A stretch of 56,242 nt of DNA from a virus, in the IMG/VR virus record IMGVR_UViG_3300045988_040265, positions 1 through 56,242 of that record, one strand, 5' to 3'. Below the pieces are notes generated by a model, which saw nothing but the letters and a program-made list of their open reading frames with translations, was not told where the DNA came from and ran no database searches. The position numbers and the translations under genes were made by a program. How positions within the stretch are numbered: the first letter of the stretch is position 1; every line of letters begins with the position of its first letter. This document shows, piece after piece, positions 44,430-51,796 of the stretch.

Positions 44430-44615
44430 AGAATGCTTTAACGCATCCAGAATATGTGGGAGGTCATTTCTGAATGCGTCCCTTTTGAAAATGCAGTCTC
44501 TCCGACTGCAATCCCCACCGAACCTTGTGACGGTTCTTTAACAGCATTCCGCTAGTGGGCCAGAAAGGAGATGCGTAAAAGAGGACATTACGCACGCCAC
44601 AAACCATTGTGGCAA
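44430..44615 (-). ncRNA. Unclassified structured intergenic RNA candidate (~186 nt)
   Basis: Five or more hairpins seen by eye on the coding strand: GCCACA/TGTGGC, GCGTAA/TTACGC, GAACC/GGTTC, GCAGTC/GACTGC, ACGCATTCAGAA/TTCTGGATGCGT. No ORF. Confidence 0.4.
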
Positions 44616-44655
44616 AGACCTATCCCGGATTCGAACCGGGTCAGCCATTAGGTCT
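44616..44655 (-). ncRNA. tRNA-like acceptor/T-arm minihelix overlapping the stop codon of 44648-44887
   Basis: Coding sense AGACCTA-atggctga-CCCGG-TTCGAAT-CCGGG-a-TAGGTCT. Confidence 0.5.
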
Positions 44656-44887
44656 GGCTTAAGGCAATGTATTTATCAATATACCATTTTGCCTTTTCTA
44701 TATCTTCTAAACCATTTTTCCCATTATGCCTGTAAAGATACTTAAATGCATTGCACAAGCAAAAATTCTTTGTTGCTTCAATTCCCTGTGTTTCCACCAT
44801 TACATCTATACATTCGTATTTTCCGGTGCAGTAATGGCTTGGGTGGTTTACAATGTCACTGAATAATTCTGTTTCTCCTGTACTCAT
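44648..44887 (-). CDS. DUF3310 protein
   Basis: NHPSHY..IDVM..NAFKYLYRH..DIEKAKWYI. Confidence 0.8.
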   Translation of the reverse strand: MSTGETELFSDIVNHPSHYCTGKYECIDVMVETQGIEATKNFCLCNAFKYLYRHNGKNGLEDIEKAKWYIDKYIALSQT

Positions 44888-45267
44888 TAAATATCACCTT
44901 TTTTTCTATGATTTGCTAAATAAGTATCAAACCCTTCCGGATACCTTGATTTCAGTTTATCAACATTCGTCTGCATTACATCATCAAGATCAAACCCAGC
45001 AGATTCACAAATCATAGCGACATACCACATAACATCACCAATTTCTTTTTTCAGATGATCCTTATCAAGTTCCTTTTCGTGAAATACCCACTTCTTAATC
45101 ATGTCTAATGTTTCACCAGATTCACCTGCAAGTCCTAAACATCCGTTTATTAATCCACCGAAATCGACCACAGTATTTTCATCTCTACTTGTCAAAAATC
45201 CTAATCTTTCAGTAGATTCTCCATCATTAGTTCTCATTGCAAATTTCTGATATTCGTTTCCTGTCAT
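44887..45267 (-). CDS. mazG: MazG-like nucleotide pyrophosphohydrolase
   Basis: GLAGESGE..EIGDVMWYVAMI..DKLKSRY. Confidence 0.88.
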   Translation of the reverse strand: MTGNEYQKFAMRTNDGESTERLGFLTSRDENTVVDFGGLINGCLGLAGESGETLDMIKKWVFHEKELDKDHLKKEIGDVMWYVAMICESAGFDLDDVMQTNVDKLKSRYPEGFDTYLANHRKKGDI

Positions 45268-45309
45268 TTCTAATCTCCTTAATCTTTGTTTGAATTACTT
45301 ATAACCAAA

Positions 45310-45501
45310 TCATTCATACCTGATCGGTATAAACAAAAATGTTAGCGGATACATAATCAAATTTCTAAATGTTATATCTGGCTTTCTGCCATACACATTT
45401 TTACTAGCCACAGATACAAGGTATATGCCACTGAAAAGTTTAATTACTCTGAAATCCCTATGTAATTCCATCATTTGTCTGGTATTAACTCTTTTAAGCA
45501 T
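45310..45501 (-). CDS. Hypothetical protein (63 aa)
   Basis: AAGGAG RBS 8 nt upstream of the ATG. Confidence 0.4.
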   Translation of the reverse strand: MLKRVNTRQMMELHRDFRVIKLFSGIYLVSVASKNVYGRKPDITFRNLIMYPLTFLFIPIRYE

Positions 45502-45835
45502 TATATGGCTCCTTTATTTATCTATTTATTGTGTATGGTTTATAATTATATTTATATATAATATATAGGGCCTTTTTGTTTTTGCGGTTATTTGGGGGAC
45601 CTAGTTGCCCGGTTTTTCCCTCCGGATTCAACCCCCACCCCATCCCGGATGATCTGGGGTCATTCGCCATCCGTCAAAAGTAAGGTTTCTGAATTTTCAA
45701 ACAATTCGCCTAATTGTGTACGAGTATTTCTAAGCTAGCGGATAAATAAAGGTTTATCCGCATCTAACACCATTCAAAGACGTGCAAAGCCTTATAAAAT
45801 AAGGGTTTGAAATTGTGTGTAAATCCCATACAATT

Positions 45836-46489
45836 CTAGCCGTCTTTTTCCGTCTGATCTATGGCGAATTGTTCGCCTGTTTGGCTCAATTTCTCGCGTA
45901 TATCTGCAGCGGTTAGGGTCGGCCTGGTCACATGTTCACGGCTCACACCCGGCAGATTCCAACTATACCAGCGATTGAGAATCGCCAGAACGCCCACAGG
46001 ATTTCCCTTTCCGGAGGTCAATTTATTGCTTAGACTTTCTTCTCTATATTGACTCAATTTTTGCGAAATGTCAAACCCGCGCGCGCTTAGTTTCCCCGCC
46101 GAATCTCTCCAGTTGAGCAGCGTTTGATTTTCAACACCCGTTAAAAGTGAAAAACCCATTGCGCTACATTCTTTATCATATTTATTACACAGATAATAAT
46201 ATATATATAGTACATCTTCTAACTTATCATAATCATATAAATAATAATTAGATTTAGGAGCATTGGGTATATTACTAATTATATTTTTACTCCTTAACTG
46301 ATTATTGGAAAACATATGCTTATATATATACATTAAACAAGCATTCCATCGCCCCTGACTTTCTTTGTTCATGTCCTGGATTGGCGGCTTGCATTCGTCA
46401 CAGAACATTTCTATGTACATCTCTATCTCATTAGAATACACCTCTGTATCCGGGATCTGCTCAATCTCTGCTTTCTGTTCCTGTTTCAT
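45836..46489 (-). CDS. terS: Terminase small subunit candidate
   Basis: ..GFSLLTGVENQTLLNWRD..GKGNPVGVLAILNRWYSWN.. The ATG at 46489 follows GGAGGTGGCAAAG. It is the first gene after the AT-rich late regulatory region. Confidence 0.55.
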   Translation of the reverse strand: MKQEQKAEIEQIPDTEVYSNEIEMYIEMFCDECKPPIQDMNKESQGRWNACLMYIYKHMFSNNQLRSKNIISNIPNAPKSNYYLYDYDKLEDVLYIYYYLCNKYDKECSAMGFSLLTGVENQTLLNWRDSAGKLSARGFDISQKLSQYREESLSNKLTSGKGNPVGVLAILNRWYSWNLPGVSREHVTRPTLTAADIREKLSQTGEQFAIDQTEKDG

Positions 46490-46903
46490 CTTTGCCACCT
46501 CCAGACATTTTACTTTTAAACAAAAAAAATAGAGAAAGTCAAAGATACTATACATCTATATCTTTTCTTTCTCTCAATGTAATATAAGATATATATATCA
46601 CATGTTTGTACATCTGTCCATAATAAATTTATATTTTTATTCTCTATGTCTATATATTATAATATTATATATTTATATAAATACTTAGTAGGTTTTAAAA
46701 TATTAATAATATCATAGATAATAAACAGATACAGTATCAGTATCAGAAAACAGATGCTTACATGGGGTATATATGCCCCTTGTATGGGGCATAATTATTT
46801 TACATTTTTACACTTAATTAATTCAGAAACCGGGATAGATTAGCTATTGTATTTATTTGCTAAATGTGATATATTAATACTTACAATCTAACCAGAATGG
46901 AAA

Positions 46904-46931
46904 AGGCCCCTTTCAGGGCCTTTATTTTTTT
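46904..46931. terminator. Intrinsic terminator (bidirectional)
   Basis: AGGCCC-ctttca-GGGCCT plus a T-run. Confidence 0.65.
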
Positions 46932-46945
46932 GATATTTAAAATAT

Positions 46946-47386
46946 TTAGAAGTTACATTTTAGCGCATCTATTAGATCTATACAATCGCACCTGTCAGCT
47001 TCAACTAATGCATTATTTATATAATCAATGTCATTTATATAGAATTTCGAAATTGAATAAATGTTATTTCCACCATATCCATTTTCTCTACTTTTTACAA
47101 GCTTTCGCGTTCTTGGTAGTAAACAATACGGAATAATGCTTACAGCGACTTTTTTTGTAATATTAATTTGTGTATTGTAATTGTAAGCCTGTAAAAGATT
47201 TAATTTAAAATCATACTTAAGTTTTTCTTTGTCCTCTACCTCTTCATTTTTAGCTCTTTCATATTCAAATAACTGCCGCATGTTCATGCACCATCCGGAG
47301 TTTTCTAAAAATTTAAAAATATCATCGTATTGAATAATGTCTATAAGATTTTTATCATAATAGACATACATAGAATGTACTAACAT
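46946..47386 (-). CDS. Hypothetical protein (146 aa, very AT-rich)
   Basis: ATG at 47386; the longer track ORF crosses a terminator hairpin. Confidence 0.55.
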   Translation of the reverse strand: MLVHSMYVYYDKNLIDIIQYDDIFKFLENSGWCMNMRQLFEYERAKNEEVEDKEKLKYDFKLNLLQAYNYNTQINITKKVAVSIIPYCLLPRTRKLVKSRENGYGGNNIYSISKFYINDIDYINNALVEADRCDCIDLIDALKCNF

Positions 47387-47413
47387 ATTTATTTCCCCTT
47401 TCACGTGAAGAAA

Positions 47414-47433
47414 GGCCGGTGCAGTTACCGGCC
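47414..47433. terminator. Intrinsic terminator hairpin
   Basis: GGCCGGT-gcagtt-ACCGGCC with flanking T runs. Confidence 0.6.
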
Positions 47434-47444
47434 TAACATTTTTT

Positions 47445-47915
47445 TTAGATTGTTGAATAGATTGTAGCATCATCATCTATTACAATTTCTTCTAAATCCG
47501 TCCCGGCGTTCAGGACACGCCCAGGAACGGCAAACGGAAAGAGAAGATCAATTGTGCATTCCCCGCCTTCCCTGATTGGCTCAGAATCAAACGCATTTAC
47601 GGCTGTTCCAGATTCAGAAAGCGCATCCTTGCGCTCAGGCGAAAGATCGCCCCATTTCGTGCCCTCTAAATGGAGGTACGAATAATTGCCGGAAATTTCC
47701 GCCGCTGTCTCTTCTGCTTCCTCAACTGTAAACAGTCCGGCGAATGTCTCCGCCATGTCATTAATCCCGGTCTGTGCGATAACATCCCGCGCAACCTCTG
47801 AAAGATCCAGGGTGTCCAGATAATCAGCAACAACCTTATCAAGCTTTCGCTTCTTATCTCCTCCCCTGTTTACAATGTCCCTGATTTCGTTTCTGCTCAT
47901 CTCTAAATATTCCAT
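47445..47915 (-). CDS. Hypothetical acidic protein (156 aa)
   Basis: ORF with its own TTGACG-17-TATTAT promoter copy. Confidence 0.6.
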   Translation of the reverse strand: MEYLEMSRNEIRDIVNRGGDKKRKLDKVVADYLDTLDLSEVARDVIAQTGINDMAETFAGLFTVEEAEETAAEISGNYSYLHLEGTKWGDLSPERKDALSESGTAVNAFDSEPIREGGECTIDLLFPFAVPGRVLNAGTDLEEIVIDDDATIYSTI

Positions 47916-47967
47916 AATTTTTCACCTTTGCACCTTTTCCGGTGCCCTTTCTTTATTTGATATAATG

Positions 47968-48363
47968 ATAATATCATATGTGCATTATATCGTCAAGCAT
48001 ATATTGCACATATTTTTATTTTTTTTGGTACTTTTCCATTTTTTCAAGCTCCGTTGCAATCACTTCTTTAATAAATGTGCCCGGCTTTTCAATTCCGAGC
48101 CGGTCCATGCGTTCCCTAGTTCCAGCCGGGAAAACAATATTGATCCTGTCGTTCCTTTCCTCGTACGCTCTTGACGCTCTAAGCTGCGCCGCGCTTGTTT
48201 TGTTTTCGCTCATTTTTCAAAACCTCCGTTTTTTTCTTTATATAATAGCATATGTGCATTATATTGTCAATGTTATATGTGCATTATACATATTATACAA
48301 TAACCCCTTGTTTATATGTGCAATATTTGGTTATTTTTACATCTTGTATATGTGCATTATAAA
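47968..48363. promoter_or_regulatory. Operator/iteron array (ATATGTGCATTATA, 5 direct copies plus 1 inverted) embedded in three promoters around the RHH gene
   Basis: Copies at 47975-47996, 48249-48270, 48275-48291, 48313-48327 and 48347-48363, inverted at 48001-48013. Minus-sense promoters TTGAC(G/A)-N17-TATTAT lie at 47996-47968 and 48270-48242. Confidence 0.7.
48016..48213 (-). CDS. Ribbon-helix-helix (Arc/CopG-like) regulator candidate
   Basis: 65 aa: ..NDRINIVFPAGTRERMDRLGIEKPGTFIKEVIATELEK; flanked by repeated operators. Confidence 0.6.
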   Translation of the reverse strand: MSENKTSAAQLRASRAYEERNDRINIVFPAGTRERMDRLGIEKPGTFIKEVIATELEKMEKYQKK

Positions 48364-48412
48364 TGGTATTATAAATACAAGTTAAGAAAAGAAAAAACAG
48401 GAGGACAAACAC

Positions 48413-48526
48413 ATGAAAGCATATCAGGTAGAGGACAAGGAAACAAAGTTAATTATAGGCATTCTGGTTATGACACCAGATCAGGCAAGAAAAGCCGAGC
48501 GGGATTTCATAATAAAAGAAGTCTAG
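48413..48526 (+). CDS. Possible small ORF (37 aa)
   Basis: AGGAGG RBS 9 nt upstream; MKAYQVEDKETKLIIGILVMTPDQARKAERDFIIKEV. Confidence 0.45.
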   Translation: MKAYQVEDKETKLIIGILVMTPDQARKAERDFIIKEV

Positions 48527-48677
48527 CCGAAACGCCGCAAGGCGTCAGCCGGGGACAGCCTCCCGGCTCTGATGATGGCAGGCTAGAAAAAAAGCCGGTT
48601 GCAGGTCCTCCAGATCACGCAGCCGGCACCAATCAAAAAAAAGAAAGGTAGCTATATTATAGCACAGGTAAAAAGAA

Positions 48678-49010
48678 ATGAGAAGAACAAACAGCAAGGA
48701 AGTCAAGGCAGCGGTTAGAAATTATTTAACAGAGGTTGCACAGGGTGAAGAACTTAGCACAATTAATGATCTCAAGAACAAGTTTATAAACGAGTACGGA
48801 TGGGCGGTTGCAAGGCTTGGAGAGCGTAACGCTTGTATAGAATGGCTTAGAGGTTTAGGCGTTGGCGTTGATTATAGTTATTACAATATTATTCAGCGCA
48901 TGGCTGAATGGTTAGGCGAAAGCACAGAAGAAGCCGAAAAATGGCTTGATAAGCGCGGCGATGGTCTTTACTGGGACTTATTAGCAAGGGAGATTTTAGC
49001 AAGCAAATAA
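48678..49010 (+). CDS. Hypothetical protein (110 aa)
   Basis: ORF in a visibly GC-richer segment. Confidence 0.6.
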   Translation: MRRTNSKEVKAAVRNYLTEVAQGEELSTINDLKNKFINEYGWAVARLGERNACIEWLRGLGVGVDYSYYNIIQRMAEWLGESTEEAEKWLDKRGDGLYWDLLAREILASK

Positions 49011-49012
49011 TT

Positions 49013-49053
49013 AGCAAGGGCGGCTTTTCCGGGGTTCGATTCCCCGGCTTGCT
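49013..49053 (+). ncRNA. tRNA-like acceptor/T-arm minihelix (could also act as an intrinsic terminator)
   Basis: AGCAAG-ggcggctttt-CCGGGG-TTCGATT-CCCCGG-CTTGCT-TTT, starting 3 nt after the stop codon. Confidence 0.5.
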
Positions 49054-49098
49054 TTTACCGGATCACCGGGAAAAATTAAAAATATGGAGGTTTTGAAA

Positions 49099-49308
49099 AT
49101 GGGAAAAATAAATATTGATATGTGGTATGGAGACAAGCCGGAACAGGTGACAGGATTAGACATATATTTTAATGACTTATACGGTGGTTATTCCGGCAAT
49201 CTTCGCATTTTTGGAAAAATTGTTGGCGATTATTACGCCGACAGCGTGCAAGACATAGAAAAAGCATTTCCACACCTTGCGAAAGATATTGAAAACTGTT
49301 TGAATTAA
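49099..49308 (+). CDS. Hypothetical protein (69 aa)
   Basis: GGAGG RBS before the ATG at 49099. Confidence 0.55.
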   Translation: MGKINIDMWYGDKPEQVTGLDIYFNDLYGGYSGNLRIFGKIVGDYYADSVQDIEKAFPHLAKDIENCLN

Positions 49309-49324
49309 CCGCCGCAGAGGATGC

Positions 49325-49345
49325 CCGCCGGATCACTACCGGCGG
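49325..49345 (+). terminator. Intrinsic terminator
   Basis: CCGCCGG-atcacta-CCGGCGG followed by cggTTCTTTCTT. Confidence 0.6.
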
Positions 49346-49394
49346 CGGTTCTTTCTTCCGTAATGGATAATATTAAAAAAGGAGGGTTTAAATT

Positions 49395-49565
49395 ATGAAA
49401 AATAGTAATATAAAAAAGGTCTTGGACGCTCACAGCGTCCCAAATTTTGAAAAAGAAGGGCGGATATATGCAGATTCTATGCTTGCCGGGTCTGATCTTT
49501 TTGAAGAAGTAGAAGACTTGACCGGCTGGAGCATGGAAAGGCTCCGTGCATGGCTTGGATATTAG
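49395..49565 (+). CDS. Possible small ORF (56 aa)
   Basis: AAGGAGGG RBS; hand translation MKNSNIKKVLDAHSVPNFEKEGRIYADSML... Confidence 0.5.
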   Translation: MKNSNIKKVLDAHSVPNFEKEGRIYADSMLAGSDLFEEVEDLTGWSMERLRAWLGY

Positions 49566-49586
49566 GGCGCAAATGCGCCCTTTTTT
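49565..49586 (+). terminator. Intrinsic terminator
   Basis: GGGCGC-aaat-GCGCCC-TTTTTT. Confidence 0.8.
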
Positions 49587-49715
49587 CAGTTGAAAAAAAA
49601 TAAAATCCGGGGTATAATCTGTGTTAATTATATCCGGTTTTGTTATACATTTTTTTGAAAATTAAAAATTGGGTTTCTATGCCCTTTTGCGCGATTTTTT
49701 CGGAGGTGGTCAACT

Positions 49716-50033
49716 ATGCCCAAAAATCAAATAAAAAATATAGACAAGATCAAGGCGGAACTGTGCCGGCAGATCAACGATCTGGACCCGTCCGGGTTAT
49801 ATTTACTATGTTCTTTTTTAGATGATCCGGGTGCAGCGCTTCCACTTGTTAATCCTGTTAGCTGTGAAGATTGCCGGGATACGTTCGCCGGATGTGATCC
49901 GGAAAAATGCCGGGTTCGTTTTGCTGAATTTTGCGACCAGATAACGCCGGGTGATGGTCTGCACCTTTCGAGAAATGAAATCAATAGAGATTATAAGGCA
50001 TTAGAGAATCGAGGGCAGCCGAGGGGGCAGTGA
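49716..50033 (+). CDS. Hypothetical Cys-containing protein (105 aa)
   Basis: GGAGGTGG RBS. Confidence 0.55.
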   Translation: MPKNQIKNIDKIKAELCRQINDLDPSGLYLLCSFLDDPGAALPLVNPVSCEDCRDTFAGCDPEKCRVRFAEFCDQITPGDGLHLSRNEINRDYKALENRGQPRGQ

Positions 50034-50196
50034 GGGGTAAATTTTTTTCGCAGGAGATTTTACCCTGGCATCTTTTTTTGAGATTTTTTCTGGGATTTTT
50101 GAAAAAATTCAGATTTTTTTATTTTTCTCAAAAAAGTAAGGTTTTTGTATTTCAAAAATTTTTTCGTTTATTTTTATAAAATGGGAGGGAATATAT

Positions 50197-51240
50197 ATGG
50201 CATGTTTACCGCTTGAAATAACGAACAAAATAGCAAGCAAATATCCGGGATGTTGGGATGATCTGGATATGATTGTTGATGGTGTTCCGATAGACGAACA
50301 CTGTATGTATCCGATAGCCACAGGAATATCTGTTGTTACAAAAGGTGTCAGTGTTCCAGAAGCAAAAAGAGAATTAAGAAATAACATGGAGTTAATTGCT
50401 GATGCAACAACAATGGTTACTGTGGCATCATGGAGAAAGCATAAGCAGATATACAAATTTGAAGAGGAAATGCAGAATCTATTGTTAGAGCAGGGTGATT
50501 CTGATTTAGTGTTGCCGATTGAAGTGCTATATGAAATACCCTATAACTGCATATACGTTCAGCTAAATAATATAGAATCTATGCAGAACGATACAATAGA
50601 TGGATTCTTTGTATCATTTGAGTATGACATGAATACATCGGAAATGGAATTGCGATTGCTTGTGGCATATTCTAACGGAATCACATCACCTATTCCAATA
50701 CATCTTATGAAAGGTGCAACAATTGCTGAGGGTTTCAAAAAGACTTTGCAGATTGCAGACATGAATTCAGATTTTGCAGATAAGTACAATATAAACACAG
50801 AAGATATTCATAGATGGGATAAGGCAGCACTCGATACTGCTTCCAGACTGATTCAACTTGTTTTATATATATGTTCACAGAACAAAGAGATTGAAGAGAA
50901 TCCAGTTCAGAAAAAGATTACAAGAAAACCAAGCCAAAATAATATAAAGGACAAGTTTAGAGAAGTACAGATGTGGGACTGCGGCAAGGAAACATCCGAA
51001 AAGATAAGAAAGATTAATCTTAACCGAAGCAATGTTCAATATGTATATGATGGCCATACCTCTACCGGTCATGGATCACCAAAATCTCCGCATAGCAGAC
51101 GTGGGCACTGGCATCATTTCTGGACTGGGAAGAAAAATTCTGACGAAAGAAAACTTGTTCTTAAATGGTTGGCACCTATGTTTATAAATGGTGGCAATGA
51201 AAACGAAGTAAACATAAATGTAATTGGGGACAGGAGTTAA
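50197..51240 (+). CDS. Hypothetical protein (347 aa) with a basic C-terminal RRGHWHHFWTG...LKWLAPMF motif
   Basis: GGGAGGG RBS; no family recognised. Confidence 0.7.
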   Translation: MACLPLEITNKIASKYPGCWDDLDMIVDGVPIDEHCMYPIATGISVVTKGVSVPEAKRELRNNMELIADATTMVTVASWRKHKQIYKFEEEMQNLLLEQGDSDLVLPIEVLYEIPYNCIYVQLNNIESMQNDTIDGFFVSFEYDMNTSEMELRLLVAYSNGITSPIPIHLMKGATIAEGFKKTLQIADMNSDFADKYNINTEDIHRWDKAALDTASRLIQLVLYICSQNKEIEENPVQKKITRKPSQNNIKDKFREVQMWDCGKETSEKIRKINLNRSNVQYVYDGHTSTGHGSPKSPHSRRGHWHHFWTGKKNSDERKLVLKWLAPMFINGGNENEVNINVIGDRS

Positions 51241-51251
51241 AAATCCTGTCC
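51228..51251 (+). terminator. Intrinsic terminator overlapping the stop codon
   Basis: GGACAGGA-gttaaaaa-TCCTGTCC followed by a T-rich tract. Confidence 0.65.
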
Positions 51252-51381
51252 TCTTATGTTTTTAGAAGATAATGACAATGCAATTATGCCATACGAATTA
51301 CTTGCTTTTAATTTTTCTACAAGAATTTCTCTAGTCATATATTTATTAGTTCTTCTCACATATTCCAAAACTTTATCTATA

Positions 51382-51711
51382 CTATCCATATCGTTTCCTT
51401 TCCATAAATCCATTCATAATATCGTCAGCAAGGTAAATAATATCTCTACCATACAATGATAAAAAATCCGCCACAATTTCTTCCGTCTCAATAGGAATCG
51501 TATAATCATATTCCATTGCATGAACGTGTGTTAATTCGTGGCACAACACTTTATCAGTCATATCTTTTGATAAGCAGTTTGCTATTGTTACAGTTTTTGT
51601 ATTTCTGTCTGTAACCCCCAATGTATACGTGCCGTCTGAACGCATTAATTCGCTTGTATTTGGATTTTTATATTCTATGTGCCAGATTGTACCATTAATA
51701 CTAAAAACCAT
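51382..51711 (-). CDS. Small HExxH metallopeptidase-like protein
   Basis: VLCHELTHVHAMEY; ATG at 51711. Confidence 0.6.
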   Translation of the reverse strand: MVFSINGTIWHIEYKNPNTSELMRSDGTYTLGVTDRNTKTVTIANCLSKDMTDKVLCHELTHVHAMEYDYTIPIETEEIVADFLSLYGRDIIYLADDIMNGFMERKRYG

Positions 51712-51796
51712 TTGTATGCCCCTTTCTGAACTGTTTCCTTTTTGGAAATAATTAATTAAAAACAGGCTATGAATATTTCTACTCATAGCCTATGTC

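Noticed and set aside
44430-44655. tmRNA (standard or permuted) interpretation of the T-arm plus structured RNA
   Set aside because: Both acceptor strands flank the T-arm directly, and the structured part lies 3' of it. This fits neither tmRNA gene order. I also found no plausible resume codon with an Ala-rich hydrophobic tag ORF.
43900-44700. Suppressor tRNAs or stop-codon recoding, as in some gut phages
   Set aside because: Both tRNAs have sense anticodons (UUG, UAU). All large structural and replication genes are intact in the standard code.
45674-45702. Imperfect direct repeat TCAAAAGTAAGGTTTCTGAATTTTCAAA (45674-45701) versus TCAAAAAAGTAAGGTTTTTGTATTTCAAA (50128-50156) as the boundaries of an inserted element
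   Set aside because: Only a 13-nt exact core in A/T-rich, low-complexity sequence. Matches of this length are expected by chance in 56 kb, and the enclosed segment would include the essential terS gene.
47968-48363. CRISPR array or replication iterons for the ATATGTGCATTATA repeats
   Set aside because: The repeats are 14-22 nt with irregular spacing. They coincide with -35/-10 promoter elements, and no cas or rep gene is nearby. An operator function fits better, although an iteron function cannot be fully excluded.
48316-48651. 111-aa plus-strand ORF
   Set aside because: It starts inside the operator/promoter array and runs through the RBS and frame of the better-supported 37-aa ORF and through the GC-rich hairpins. 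It has no RBS.
50197-51240. HWH in RRGHWHHFW as the HUH motif of a rolling-circle Rep or relaxase
   Set aside because: The motif sits ~40 residues from the C-terminus. There is no upstream motif 1 and no downstream catalytic Tyr motif in the expected order.
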